This document shows positions 24,512-38,679 of a DNA stretch of 64,000 nucleotides, piece by piece. The DNA lies in assembly GCF_018350175.1 (NCBI RefSeq), contig NC_058368.1, forward strand, positions 165,170,001 to 165,234,000. The letters are read 5' to 3'. Under the pieces are notes generated by a model. That model made no database searches. It saw nothing but the letters and a program-made list of their open reading frames with translations, and was not told where the DNA came from. Each line of letters begins with the position of its first letter. Within the stretch, counting starts at the first letter, position 1. The position numbers and the translations under genes are program-made. Source of the stretch: Felis catus. Taxonomy: Eukaryota.

Positions 24512-27500
24512 ATTAAACTTTTTTTTTAGTTTGTAATACTTACTTGATAATACTTAGAATTTATTTGACCTTTAGCTTTAGATGTATATTGAATTGATGT
24601 CTTTGAACTTCCTTAATTATTACAAGCCTATATATAGAGCTATTAGAATTAGCTTCCAATACATGAGCAGAGCCATAGTCATAAACAGCACATCGTGGAA
24701 ATCATCTGAACTTGTCCCAACTTGATTAGTTAATAGTGTCTGCTTTCATTTCATTTTATTCCAGCCCAGGCTGTATCAAACCCAGCACAGAGAAATCATT
24801 AAGTAATTTTTATCACTTCATATTTTTATGATCTTTCTGAAATTTTGACTTAGGTAATTTGGTTGTGGTCCATCTGAATTATTAGGTGAACTGACCACAC
24901 AATTCTGACCAATTCTGCTTTGTTCTCTTTTTATTCAATTTTACATTGATACATTTTGCATCTATAAGAAATTATGCAATTTAGGGTTTTTTTCCGGTCA
25001 ATTGTTTACTAAATTGAAGTATATAATAGCACACAAGCAATAAGAGAGGCCTCATTTTTTCCAGGTAATACTATATACCATTTACTGATTGGTATGCCAA
25101 CAAGAAATTGTAGTATTTAGTTGTGTAAGACACTGACAAAAAAGCAATTCAAGTAGAACTGGCCTCACAAAGAACTATAAAATTATGCATGGACTGTATA
25201 GATAATGATATTTCACTTAATTTGATTTCATATATAATTCTTATTTACCAGGAAATAGGGTAACAGCACAATATCTTGGTGATTACGGATTCTTAAAGTA
25301 CTATACCAACAAGATCTGTATATGTCTGTGCTGCATATAAATAATAGGCCTGTACTTTATATTGTCTGATGATTTTATACTGTCAAAGGATGCTGATGTA
25401 CCTCTAGATAAAACCTGTCAGAATAAGTGAGAATATGTAATCTAATCATTCTAGGTAAAAGTGAGGCCAGTGTCATCTAAACCTTTTTTTCTCTTGGCTT
25501 TTTTTTTGTTTGTTTTTTACCTCTAAAAGACCTCACTTTTGCTTGACTTAGAAAATCATACATAAATGGAGGACTATTATAGGATTTTAAGTATAATGTT
25601 TGCAAACAGACAGTTGTGTCTAACATGATTGGAGAATGTTGCAAGATGTATCTACATCTATGGAAGTTCAACTAATCTGTTGAATTATCATTTATTATCT
25701 CTGAAACATAGTGTCTTCTGTTGCCTGAGATCCTTTGTGAACATATATTAACAAAGGAAAGCAAGCTAAAACCTTGAGAAATAATATTTGGCATGTTTTC
25801 TCTGATTTTCTGCATTGATAATAGCCCTACATCAGATACAATGAACATCAAAACATGCTATAGGTATATCCATGCAAGTTTCAATAGAAGAGACATGTAA
25901 TTTATTTTCCTATTATACATATTAAATACTCCCATACAGTATTATAGAAAACAAGTCCTTAGGGGAGAAGATTTGAAATAAAATTTATGTTCATTGAAAA
26001 GCCACTTGTTTCAATGATTGTATATTATTTTCATGGCAGGATTATAGGAGATTGTTAACATGGAGTACATTTAATAGGTTTAAGAGGAAAAGGAAATAGC
26101 AAGGCATTTAGAGACCAAAGTTTCAAAGGGGAGAATGCTGCAGTATGTTATTTTTGTTTAGCAAAATGATACAGAAATTGTATGGCCCTATCTATACTTG
26201 GCTGTCATACTGTCCAGAGGTATAAAATAAGGCTAAAATATTTCTAAGTCTTATTGCCATTGTAGACATTTTAACAAAGAGAATATTATACTTGATACCT
26301 GTCAAAGTGCACAATTATGATCCTCCTGATTTGCCTGTTACATAATCAGAAAATTTACATTTTAAGATAAACAATTCATAAGTTTCTTGAGGACAGGAAT
26401 TCGCTTATATGTATATGTATTAATTGCTCACAACATTTTGTAAGCTGCTAGACATGTGAAAATTAATCAATATATATCTGATTATGGATTAACATTTGAA
26501 TAGATAATTCTAAATCAGCAGAGTTTCTGTTTTAAACAGAAATACACAAAGGAAAATCACAAGTTATATAAAAAGAAATCCAAGGATGATATTTAACATT
26601 TGAAAGGATTCCATTAAATAGGACATTCAATAGTACATTACTATGGGAAATTACTTAGCATATTTATTTATGTATAGTTTTATGTCCAATTTGCAATAAT
26701 TATATCATCATGTCTAATGAGATGATGATTTTGGATTTTTCCCCCAAAAGTAAAAATCTATGTTTTGTTTCTGATGAGAACAGTAAAACAAAATTCTAGG
26801 GTAAAATGGCACTGTCAGCACTGGTCTTAAATTCTGCTTCCACCGCAACTGCACAGATAAAATATGAGAGAAGCACATTTTATAATAATTAAAAATGCAT
26901 AACCACAATGATAAACAAAATAAAGATGGGATAAGCAGGAACACAGAGACCATCTGGGGTTGAAACCAAGGAACTTTTGGGTTCCAAGATGTAAGAAGAC
27001 GTAGGCCTTAGGGAGTTTGACTCCTATAGGCTAAAGAAGACTTAAGTTGACCCAAATGATAGATGACCATAGTATATGTCAGTCACTGTAACTAAGAGCT
27101 AGAGAATATCTGGAGGAAAAAAAAACCACCAGAAAAAGTGCACCCATTTATAAACTTCAATACCTAAGGTAGTTGGAAATCAAGAGATTTACAGTAGGAG
27201 TAACCAAAGCTGATGACTGGATTTCCAATATACTAAATATCATCTTGTATAAGAAACTCCTGTCATCTACTAAGAACCAAAAAAAAATTTTTACATGGAA
27301 ATAAAAAGAAACAAAAGAAAAAACTAATTCTGCATTTGGCTTTTGGACCCAGTATTATATTCATAGAAACTTGGTAGGAGAAGGAGAAAAACAACAAAAA
27401 TAGAATGATAACAAAATCTGCCACCACAGAGTAGCATGTATTATCACTGACTGCCCTTTGCTCCACATAACCTTTTCTAGGAAGTCTATAATTAACAACC

Positions 27501-29364
27501 TTGAAAGATACAGACAGTATATGGAGAGCAAAGGGAAAGAATGTGGAGTCTGATTCCCTAATCAGCTCATGGATGCTTTCCTGTATGGCTGCTCACCATT
27601 GCAAGAGGAGGCATCCATCTGGGCCCATCCATCATCGCCCCTCTACTCTTGGGATGCAAGGAGAACTGATGGAATTATGCTGGTAACTATGAAAATGGTT
27701 GTGGCTTTGATTCGCAAGTCTCATGGACACTGACTGAACACATAAAATTATAGCAGGCTAATTTGTTAGATTGCAAATATAGACTTAAGCAACAAGATGG
27801 TGGTAAATTTCCTGGGGTTTTTTGCCTTACATATCCCAGACAGAGTGCTGGAGAAGCCTACAACCTAGAATTGTCAAAGCGTGCAGACAAAAAAAAATGC
27901 CTCAACAAAAACATATTCTTTCCAAACAAAAACCATGAAAGGGGCAGCCTAGCAGGACAAAATATTTAGGCAATAACTACTCTAACCAAAAACCACAGAA
28001 AATACTGCGGTCCCGTTCCCATCCATGACAGCAAAGACTGAGTGGGAAGCCACAGACTTTCATGAAAGGTACAACAAGGCACTCAAACTTCCTGCCAGGG
28101 CATTGCAGCATAATACTAAATCTGTCCATATTTCAGTTAAAAATCACTCTCCAACTCAGAACCAGGGAGATGTCAAATGGAGTGTAAAGACAATAAATAG
28201 ACGCGAACATGGAAATGACAGAGGTTAAAATTATCTGACAAATATTTTAAAGCAGCCACCATAAAAATAAACTTAATATGTGATTATAAACAAGCATTAA
28301 AAATGAAAAATAGCCTGAGCAGAGAAATGTCAGAAAAAAATTGTAAACAATAGCCAAACATAAATTTTGTAAATAAAATATAATAACCAAAACAAACAAA
28401 CAAAAATAATAGATGGTCTCAACATGAAAGTGGAGAGGACTGAAGAAAGAATTGGTGAATTTGAAAATACAACAATGGAGCAACAGATAAAATAGTCAAA
28501 AATAAACAAAAAACCCAGACCTATTTCTACAGGAATATGTGCAAATAAAGCTAAAATAATAATTGTGTCACTGGAGTTAAAGGATAGGAAGAACAGGACG
28601 GGGCTAAAAAAAACTACTGAAATAAATAATGGCTGGAAACTTACCAAATTTTGCAGAAGATGCAAACCTATAAATTCAAGAACCTGAGCAAACCCAAATA
28701 GGAAAACTCAAATACTTATCAAGGCATATGTCATAAACTTCTAAAAATAAAGAAAAACAAATCTTGACAGTAGTAAGGGAGAAGAAGGTGTATTACCTAC
28801 AGGTGAAAAAACAAAAAATAACAGATTTTTATCAGAAATCCTGGAGGCCAGAAGAAACAATCATGGCATTTTTTAAGGGGTGGAAGAAAGGAAATGTCAG
28901 CCTATATATAATAAAAATATCTTTGGGAATTAAGGAAAAATTGAGACATTCTCAGATGAGAGAAAACTAAGATTATTTGTTGCCAGCAGACCTCTTCTAA
29001 AAGAAATGCTAAGGAGAGTGTTGTAAAGAACAAAGAAAACAGTAACAAAGTAACCATGGAACATGATGAAGGAAAAATAATGCAATAAGCAAAAATATGG
29101 GTAATAAAATTGGTTGTCTTTATCCTCTCGATGCTCCTAATATATATGTGACAGTTAAAGTAAAAATTATAAAACACTTTGTGAAGGGGTTCTCACTTTA
29201 TATAGCAGACATATATCTAAGATCATTTAAGTGGGGGAGGGTGAAGGGACACAAAGGGTGTAATATTTGTACACCTAAACTGCTATAATGATACCAGTAG
29301 ATTGTGAATAAATTATGTATCTGATACCTAAAACAACTACTCAGTTACACACTCAGAAAACACT

Positions 29365-29540
29365 ATGGAGATAAAAGTCACAGCATAGGAAATGTAGTCA
29401 GTGGTACTGCAATAGCTTGTGTGGTGACAGATGGTGGCTACACTTGTGGTGAGCATAGCATAATGTATCAACATGTCAAATCAGTATGTTGTACACTTGA
29501 AACTAATGTAATGTGTGTCAACTGTACTTCAATTAAAAAA
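29365..29540 (+). mobile_element. Short younger L1 3' end nested in the old L1
   Basis: tgttgtacacttgaaactaatgtaa...tcaattaaaaaa terminus; degraded TSD cactatgga/cactctgga. Confidence 0.75.
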
Positions 29541-29925
29541 TAACCCACTCTGGATGAACCCAAATGGAAGTCCAAAAAACTCATTTAACCCGTAGGAAGG
29601 CAGCAAAAATAAAGCAGAAAGAAACATAGAAAAAACAAAACAAAAATAAAACAGACTTAAGCTCAAACCTATCCCTGTTACATTAAATGTACATGGTCTC
29701 AATATACCAATTAAAAGACTGATAAAGGCAGAATAAATTTTTAAAAATCTCCCAAATATATGCTGTCTATAGGAAAATCACCTCAAATGTAGTAATATAA
29801 ACAGGATGAAAAAATGGATCATGAAAATATTAAATCAGAAGTGATTTTATTGATATCAGATAAAGTAGGCTTCAGAATAAAGAATTGCATTAGAGCACAT
29901 TATTCAATGATAAAAAATTAAAGAA

Positions 29926-31160
29926 GGGCATCCTGTCTACTGGGGTGGGGCAGGACTGGGTTCTCCTGAGAGATGTGGACAGTACCACATCCCCGACCAT
30001 CTCAGTGTCACCAAGAAGTGGTCCTAATCCACAGCCATCACCTTTCAGGTGGATGGACCACATGGCTGCCATCTCTTGACCCAATTCTGGAACTGAAAAA
30101 TTATAATCTCTGGGGAAAAAAATGAGTCTTTAGGCCAAGGTCTTATTAATAAGCAGCAAACATGAGCCTACTGGTTTTCATACAGAATATCTGGGGCTCC
30201 AAACTCTTTAACATTTCATAGTCTAATCTCTGTCCTGTTGTTTGCTTTTCCATTACCCTGAACATGCAAGAGATTTCATGTGTCACAGAGGATATAAAAT
30301 ACTTTTGGATGAAAGCATCAAAAACTACAAATTATGGTTTGGAATCTGTGCTTCAGTATGAGATACTTGATGGGGGCTTTATCAAGCAACATTAGTTTGC
30401 TTACCTTCTGTCAAGAGAATGATTGCCTAAATGTAAATGAAAAATGAGCTTTTTCATCTAAACAAACTCTAAAATAACATTTTCTTCTGGGATTGCTGCT
30501 GAAAATAGACATTAAAATGAAGTAAAAGGTATTCATCAACTGCTACATGAAGTTGTATTTTAAAAACCTCTTTCTGGGATGTAACACCTTACAGTCCACC
30601 AGTTAAAGATTTTTTTTTCAAATTACCTTTTTCAGAATATAATAGTCAAGCACTTTACATGTATTACCAAATACAGCATTACTATATATGCATGTATAAC
30701 CAAATACATGTAAATATCCTATCTATTTGATATGTGAGGAAACATTTAAGAAACGTGTCCAAAACCATACTCCCAGTAATGAGTGTAACTTGTATTTCAA
30801 TTTCTGTATAATCTAGAAACCTTAACTGCTATGCATATATTTCATAGAATATTTTCAAAACACATGGAAGAAAAAATTGAATCCCATTACCCAGAGATGA
30901 AATAACCATCTTAAATATTTTTTCTTTTCATCTTTTTATATGTATATGCTTTTTGAACATACACTGAGACTGTATGAATACATAGTTTAGAGCTAAAAAT
31001 TCTAACATTTAAAGATTGTGATGCATATTGCCAATGGCTTTCCAGAAAGATTGCAAAAACAGTAAGACCAATGTATGAGAGTGCCAATCTCATTTGCCAG
31101 CATTGAATGTTCTCTTCATTAATAAATGATTCATGATTCATATTTTAAAAAGAATAAAAG
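29926..31160 (+). pseudogene. MRPL57: 5'-truncated processed pseudogene of mitochondrial ribosomal protein L57 (MRP63): last codons + 3'UTR; 3' limit uncertain
   Basis: 29995-30027 translates DHLSVTKKWS*, versus the recalled human MRPL57 C-terminus DHLNVTKKWS*; downstream sequence (e.g. 30355-30407) resembles the MRPL57 3'UTR as recalled; AATAAA at 31121 and A-rich tract at 31147-31160; interrupts an L1. Confidence 0.75.
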
Positions 31161-32458
31161 AATAATAATTCGAATTCTAAATTATCTCTTCAGAAAACTC
31201 AATAAGAAGAACACTACTCAATTCATTTTGTTAAGAAAGCCTTACCTTAATGCCAAAACAGACATAAAAAAAAATAAAGAGAACCACCATTTTATTGCTC
31301 ATGAATATAGATCAATATCTCTTATGCAAAGATCTTTAAGAACAAATAGCAGCCAACAATTATACATCATGATTGAGTGGGATTTGTTTCAGTGATGCAA
31401 GGCTGGTTACGTTTTCAAAAATCAATTCATGTATCCCACCATATTAAGAGGATAAAGAAAACTCCTATCAATGCAGACAAAAGAATGAGAAAAAATAAAA
31501 TTCACCACTTTGGTAAAACCATTCAGAAAAATAGGAACATGGGGCATCTCAATGTGGTAGATGGCAACTATAAAATATCTACAGCTTACCTTGAAAGATA
31601 AAATCCTTTCCTGCTAAGGTCAGTCCCACGAGTAGCTATTATTACCACTGTCATTCAATATAGTGATAGAAATTCTAGCAAGTGCAATAAAGCAAGAATC
31701 AGAAATAAAACACAGATTGTAAAGAAAGAAATAATAGTGTCCTTACTTGAGGATGGTAGATTAGTCCAATCAGAAATATCTCACAGAATTTATAAAAACA
31801 ATTACTAATGACAACTATTCTGAGTTGTAACTAATAAGTCCAATTTTATTATTGATAAGTGGGCACAGGAATGAGAAATTAACTATCATTTACAATCCTA
31901 AATGAAATAATTAGATGCATACATACTAATACTTATACAGGACTTGTATACTGAAAACTCATAATGACAGTGTACACAAAAAATACAACGTACAGGACTT
32001 GTTATACTGAAAACACATAATGACAAAAGAAGTCAAAATAGATCTAAATAAAGGGAGAGAGATACTGTCTATAGGTGAGAATACTCAACATAGTAATGAT
32101 GTCATCTGTACCCAAATTCTTGTATATATTTAACAGAATTCCCATCAATACTTTAGCAAACTTTTTTTGACCCATGGACAAAATTATTCTAAAATGTATA
32201 TGGAAAGTCAAACTTGAACACTTGAGTAAGTTTTGAGTTGGAGGAATCAGTCTACCCAGTGTAAAGGATTTTTATAAAGCCATGTTAATCAAGAATATAT
32301 AGTGTTGGTGGAGTGATAGAAACATAAATCAGGGGTACAGAATACACAAATATCCACACAAATACTTTCAACTGATTTTTTGACAAAATTTAAAAGGCAA
32401 TTTAGTGGAGACAAGAGCCTTTTCAGTAAATGAGGTGGGAGTAATTGGACATCCATAG

Positions 32459-32460
<2 letters not shown>

Positions 32461-32503
<43 letters not shown>
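32461..32503. repeat. Poly(A) run, 43 nt
   Basis: Direct observation. Confidence 0.95.
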
Positions 32504-32505
<2 letters not shown>

Positions 32506-35178
32506 CCTCAATCTAAGTCTCACATGTTATACAACAGTCAAATCAAAATAATTGTGTACTTCAATATAAAATATTGAACTCTAAATTTTTAGGAAAAAAA
32601 CTTTGGGGGATCTAGACCTAAGCAAAGAGTACTTACAATTCACATGAGAAGCACAATCCATAGAAAGAAAAAAAATTAATAATTGGACTGCATCAAAATT
32701 AAGAACTTTTTTTTTCTGTTAAAGAACATGTTAAGTAGATGAAAATATAGTTTACAGACTTGGAGAAGATACATGCAAACTATATATCCAACAGAAGACC
32801 ACTATCTTGAAGATGTGAAAAAAAAAAAACCAGAAAACTTTAAAAAAAACATGGAATCCAGTTAGAAACAGGCAGAAGACATGAATAAACATTGCACTGA
32901 AGGGGAGACACAGATGGGTAATAAGCACATGAAAGATTTTGAAATCTTTAGCCATTAGTAAATAGAAATTAAAACCACAACGAGATACACATCTATCAGA
33001 AAAGCTAACTAAGATGTAGTAATAACACCAAATTCTGATGAACATTTGTAGGAACTGGTACTTAGGAATGAATGTAAGATGGTGAGCCACTTAGAAAGCA
33101 CTTTGGAAGTTTCTGTAACTAAGGTACAACCAGAAATTTCACCCAGAGAAATGAAAATATATGTTCCCATAACACACATAAAATTTACAGCTACTTTATT
33201 CATAATAGTTAAAAACAGGAAACAACTCAGATACCCTTCAATAGGTGAATAGTGAAAGGAACTGTGGTACATCCCTATCCTGGAATATCATTCAGCAATA
33301 TAAAGGAACAAACTATTAGCACATGCCGTAACTTGCATACATTTTTAGAAAATTATACTGAGTGAAATCCCAATAATTTATATACTGTATGATTCCATTT
33401 ATACAACATTTTTGAAATGACCGCATTATGGAAATAGGTTGTAGATTAGTGGTTGCTTGGGGTTAATGAGGCATGGGAGTTAGAATGAAGTGGTTGTGGT
33501 TATAAAAGTGCAAACTAATTGACCTTGTGGGGATGGAAATCTTTATCTTCACTGTCTACAGCTGTATCTTGATCACAATATTGTACTATAGTTTTGCAAG
33601 GTGTTACTACTGGGCAAAGAAAAAAAAATGGGGAAGCATACTTATCTCTCTGTATTATTTCTTATATTTGCATTTTAATCTAGAAATATGTCAAAATTAA
33701 AAATAATTTCAGAAAACTGAGTGAATTTTTGTGTAACTGAGGAAGTTTTGGGAGTCAAATTGATAATTCAAAGTCTTCAGGATAATTTCATTGAATTATC
33801 ACAGTTTTAGATTTACCTTGAGCAGACTTATTAGAACATTTAATTATTTACGAAGTTGTATTGCCTATTTAGTTGCCTGAACAAGATTCTGTACTATATT
33901 TAACCTACTAGGGAAAATGCATAATCATCATCACCATATTGCATACCAGTTTTTTTAACTATCTTTGCGTAGTACGGAATCCATTCAAAGACTTGTTTTG
34001 ATTAAGAAGGGTAACCTCAAGATAAAATTCTTTCATGGCTGTTTATTGATTGTATTGCTATTTTTAGTCACACATGTGGGAAGGGGCATGGTTTTCAGCT
34101 TCATCTCAAAACAAACGTTCCAAATTAAAATATAAATGTGTGACATACCATATTTTTCAGAAGTGCTAGTGTCTCACTATAGCTAAAAATAACTTTATGA
34201 AACTATTACAACATACCTGCCTTAATTTGGGTATTGAATTCAAAATTTGTTATTACTATTACTTCTTTTATGCTATATTTGTGCACATTGCTATATGAAA
34301 TACTGGAAATGTACTAAATTTGATAAATACCAGTGTACAAGTTCACCCTCCCAAATATTGAAAAATAAAATGAAGAAAAGAATACATTGCCTATCTCACA
34401 ATGTAATTGTTAGAAATCAGTGGGAAAATCAATGAGAAGACAGTTTTTAAAAATATAATTTGCTCCATTCATGTTTTACTTACCACAAATACTTTCTCAC
34501 TATTTAAATTGCTCACTGAGGTGTCTGACACTTTAATTGGACTGTGACAAGAAGTGTGTTTTATTTCATCTGTATTTCAAATCCCTTGCAGATTGTGTTC
34601 CCCAACTAGTTCACTAATTGTTGAGTGAATAAATAACTGGATGCATAGATAAGTTAATTTGATTATAAAAAGTTCCAAATTGTCTACTTTATAACCAACT
34701 TAATTTTGAAGCACATAAAAAGTACTATACTTTTTAAGTTAGATCTCGAGCCAAAGCCCAGTTGATATTTTTCTTTTTCTTAGCAAAAGGAGTTTAATTC
34801 ACAAGGTTTATATGTGAAATCAATTTTTGAGCAGTATCTCTTTCCTGTGAACAGTGCAGTATATCATGTGAAGGGCATTTTCAATCATTTCACCCTCCCC
34901 TTAACCCTCACTGCCACCCCTAACCTGAGTCACTACGAACTTGGAAAGCCTGGCTTTTTTTTCCCCGTAAGAGGATTGACCTGTAAGAATCACATATTTT
35001 TCTCAAGGTTGGAGGTGAACACTTTATTCATCAGGCAGTTTAACAGATTCTTTTTCAAGTTACTTCCAAGTGCCTACCTTCAACAAATGGTCTTAGAAAT
35101 GATGTTCAAAATAAACTTCAATAGTTCACTTTTGACTCATTTCCAGTCCTATTCCTAGGAAAGGATTTATTGACTTAA

Positions 35179-35551
35179 TGTGTTAGTTCAGGTACTCTGC
35201 AATGTGTTCACCAGAATGGAATAGGACAATAGATCTCCTTGAAGAGTAAAGGGCAGGAGAGCAGGGATAGGCAAGGAGAGCCCATTGACTGCCAAAAGGT
35301 CTGACACCTGTGAGAAAAGACCAGAAGGAGAGGAGGGTGGCACAGGCAGCCATCAACCAGGTTGATGGAAAGTCATCAAACCAAAGGCTCCAAGAAGAGT
35401 AGAAATAGCCCCACAATACATAGAAATTTGCAGGTGGAGATGTGGCGTCAGCACAGATGTCGTTGGAGGTTCTGATGGGTGGCAGCTGGAGCTGGGAGTC
35501 CATTCTCTCTGCAACAGGCTACCTGAGAAGTGCCTATTCATAGCTGTGACA
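35179..35551 (-). mobile_element. LTR16-like ERVL LTR
   Basis: tgtgttagttcaggt start; ggtctgacacctgtga and gcagg..aggcaaggagagcc motifs recalled from LTR16. Confidence 0.65.
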
Positions 35552-36019
35552 TGTGGTTCTGAGGAGAGAATACAGAATTGTGCCTTTTAGGATAATTAAT
35601 TTTGACTATTATTACATTTTTATCCTCAAGGAAAATAAACCTACTTCTAATCATTTAGAGATTTAAATGCTATTTGGTCATCAAGTATAATGGGGAAGAG
35701 CATTACACTAACAAAATATTTCTTACTTAGGATATTCCTGTATATATCTTAGAGGACTTGGAATAATCTGTCATCATAACTCAGATGTCATTCGCTTATA
35801 TTTACATTTAATGCCATCAATTTATTTATTCATTTTTAATGCCCTCAATTAAAAAAAACCTAGTAATCATTCATTAAATGGCCCCAAATCCCTAATTTAA
35901 TTAGGGTTTCTCATAGATAACAGACCTTGGCAGTATTCTGACATAAATAAATCCCGTGAAATACTTTTTATATAAATCGAAGCAGTGTATTCTGCAGGGA
36001 AACATTGTACTAGTAATCA

Positions 36020-36207
36020 GAGCTTAGATTTTAGAGTCAGAATTGGATGGATCTGTGGTGCTTCTGATAAGTAATTGCGTATTTCGATCTTCTTTCAATG
36101 TCTATTAAATAGAAAAAAATACCTACTTCTTAAGGTTTTGAGGATTGTTTAAGATACATTTTGTAAAGAATGTAGTGCAGTGTTGAGCAAATAGTACTCA
36201 AAAAATA
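36020..36207 (+). mobile_element. MIR SINE
   Basis: tttagagtcaga head; acctacttcttaaggttttgaggatt core; atagtactcaaaaaata end. Confidence 0.6.
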
Positions 36208-36355
36208 CACACTTGGGAGTCCAAGCATTGTTATCAGTTTTATCAAGATACCTTATTAAATTATAAGTTGGTATTTGTAGAAATTAGTATATCTCAAAAA
36301 TTATTCAACATTTTAATAAGCATCTCTAACTTCTTAGTTGACAAATGGGGACATT

Positions 36356-38660
36356 AGTAATTCATATTGTTTTGTATATTATATGTATTATATACTATAT
36401 TATGAAAAGTAGGCTACAGAAAAGAATATGTGAGAAAATCATAAGGAAGATTTGCCATTTATTTACCATACTGTACTGTGTTAATTGATACTGTGAGTTT
36501 CATACTGTGATTTTGCCATGTATTTACAGGATACATTGCCATTACCTATATCTATATTATCCTATATGATTAAAAACACTGTAGATTTTATATATAATGC
36601 TAACAGTATAACTCAAAAATAGAAGATAATCATAAAAAGAAAATTATGCTTATTTACAAGTATAATATCTCATTCATTAATGATAAAGTAGCAATATGAA
36701 TGTGTTATGGTAGCCTAATATAATCAATACAATTGCTTCATGGTAGTCTAGCCTATATACTAATAAATACATTGATATAAACTTTTATGGATACTGTATT
36801 ACAGTCACATTGATGATACAATATTGAAAATGTTACTTTTTTTTTTAAAAAACACTTACCTGTGACGACAGACTGATATACAGTTTCTTGAATTATGAGA
36901 TAGAGAGACTCCTGGGTGGTAATTTAATTCCCTAAAAGCAAAATTACAAAACATTAAGAAAACTAACACATTATATTGAATATTTTTCACCTCACACCTA
37001 TGTAAAGATAGGCTATCCATTTTTATACAAGCCTTGAACATAAGGTCCTACACACTGAATACATGATAATTATGATGATGACGACTCAAAAATGTCTCTT
37101 CCACTTCTTGCTGTACAGTTACTTGATTTTCACATGAAGACAATCCCATACACAAGAGATGTTTATTAACTGTAAGGCATGACACTTACTATTCATTAAG
37201 TGGCAGTGGAACATGTTAATGGTCTTCATCCATGTCATTGTCACCCTGAGTAGCTGAGGAGGAAGAGAGGTGGTTGGTCTTGCTGTCTCAGGGGTGGCAG
37301 AAGCAAAAAACAAAAAGGAGGGGAGTAAATAGAAGGGAAGGCAGGAAATGCAGGCACACTTGATATAACTTTAGAGATGTACACTGTAATTTCTATGTGG
37401 CTTTTTGCTTTTTAATTTCTCTAAAAATGTTTCTGTACAGAACCAAGCTATCTTCCACTTTTTGCTTTAGTTTCAGCACTTGTAACATAGATGGGTCCAT
37501 GTTGTTAAAGAAGTCAAAGTAGTCTGGACAGAAAGAACCCTTCTTCCGTATTGTCTAATGTCAATTTGCTTCTGGTCACTGCTTCTGGTTTTTTTTTTTT
37601 TTTTTTCTCCTCATCTGGCACTGGTCCAAAACTACTCTTCTCCATCAAGTCACTCTTCTGTTAATTATGCTGGTGTGGTGTCTATTAGCTCTTGTATTTC
37701 TCAAAGATCATATCTTGAAACCTATCACTCCCAATCATATTTGCCATATTGACAATCCCTAATGATTGCCTCGATTGGCTCTGTTGTAATTCATGTGAAG
37801 TCATACACAACATCTGGACACACTTTTTTCCTGGAAAAAAAAAATGTATTTCAGTCTTTCTAGCTTTCATGGATTTTTCTCTAAATACTATGGCATCTTC
37901 ATTGGTGTAACCCCTCGATACTTAGAGATGTTGTGTTTGGGGGCATGTAGACTACTTTGGTGCCCATGGAGTTGAACTTGTGGGGTTCTGGGTGGCCAGG
38001 GGCATTGTCCAATATCAAAAGAACTTTAAAAAGTGTTCCCTTAATGGAAAGGTACTTCCTGTCTTGAGAGACAAAACATCACTGAAACTGATCCAGAAAA
38101 ATGGTTCTCATTGTCCAGGTTGTCTTGTACAACCAAAAGACTAGTAGATGATGTTTATCTTTTCCTTCAAGTCTGAAGGGTTAGTAGCTTTACATAAAGG
38201 CAGTCCTGATCATAACCCAGACTGAATTTTCTCAAAACAGTAGAGTTAGCCCATCCCCACCATAAACCTTGTGTTTGCTTCTCTTCCTTACTAGTAAGTG
38301 TCCTTTGTGGAATTTTTTTCCCCAGAATACGATGCTTTCATCTGCATTAAAAACCTGTTCAGGACAATATCCTTTCTCTTCAGTCATTATCTTAATGGTG
38401 TCTTGTCTTAATGGAACTCATCTACTGCCTCTTGGTTAGCAGAAGCTGTTTCTCCTGTTAGCTTGACATTTTTAAGCCAAACCTGTTTTTAACATTATCA
38501 AACTATCTTTTGCTGGCATTACATTTTCCAGCTTTAGATCTTTTACTTCCATTTTGCTTTATGTTATCATGTAATGATTTTGCTTTTTCTCAAATCATAT
38601 TAAAGTCTATAGGTATGTCATTCTTATAGCAATCTGGCATCCACATAAAATCTGCTTTTT
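36356..38660 (-). mobile_element. Tigger2 DNA transposon with decayed pogo-family DDE transposase
   Basis: Minus-strand remnants: GLKNVKLTGETASAN, EKGYCPEQVFNADE (~38338-38380), FKVLLILDNAPGHPEP (~37985-38030), VVYMPPNTTSL; multiple frameshifts and stops; terminal repeats not seen. Confidence 0.92.
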
Positions 38661-38679
38661 TAATATAAGATAAATTATA

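Larger units (their letters stand above)
27780..33712 (+). mobile_element. Old, near full-length L1MC-type LINE-1 with nested insertions
   Basis: aagatgg 5' start; ORF1 remnants 28130-29050; endonuclease start (acattaaatgtacatggtctcaatataccaattaaaagac); RT remnant GFVSVMQGWLRFQKSIHVSHHI; L1MC-like 3'UTR. Confidence 0.8.

Noticed and set aside
34814..35158. 114-aa ORF and an AP-1-like tgagtca site
   Set aside because: GTG start, no recognisable homology; a single 7-mer is not evidence of an enhancer.
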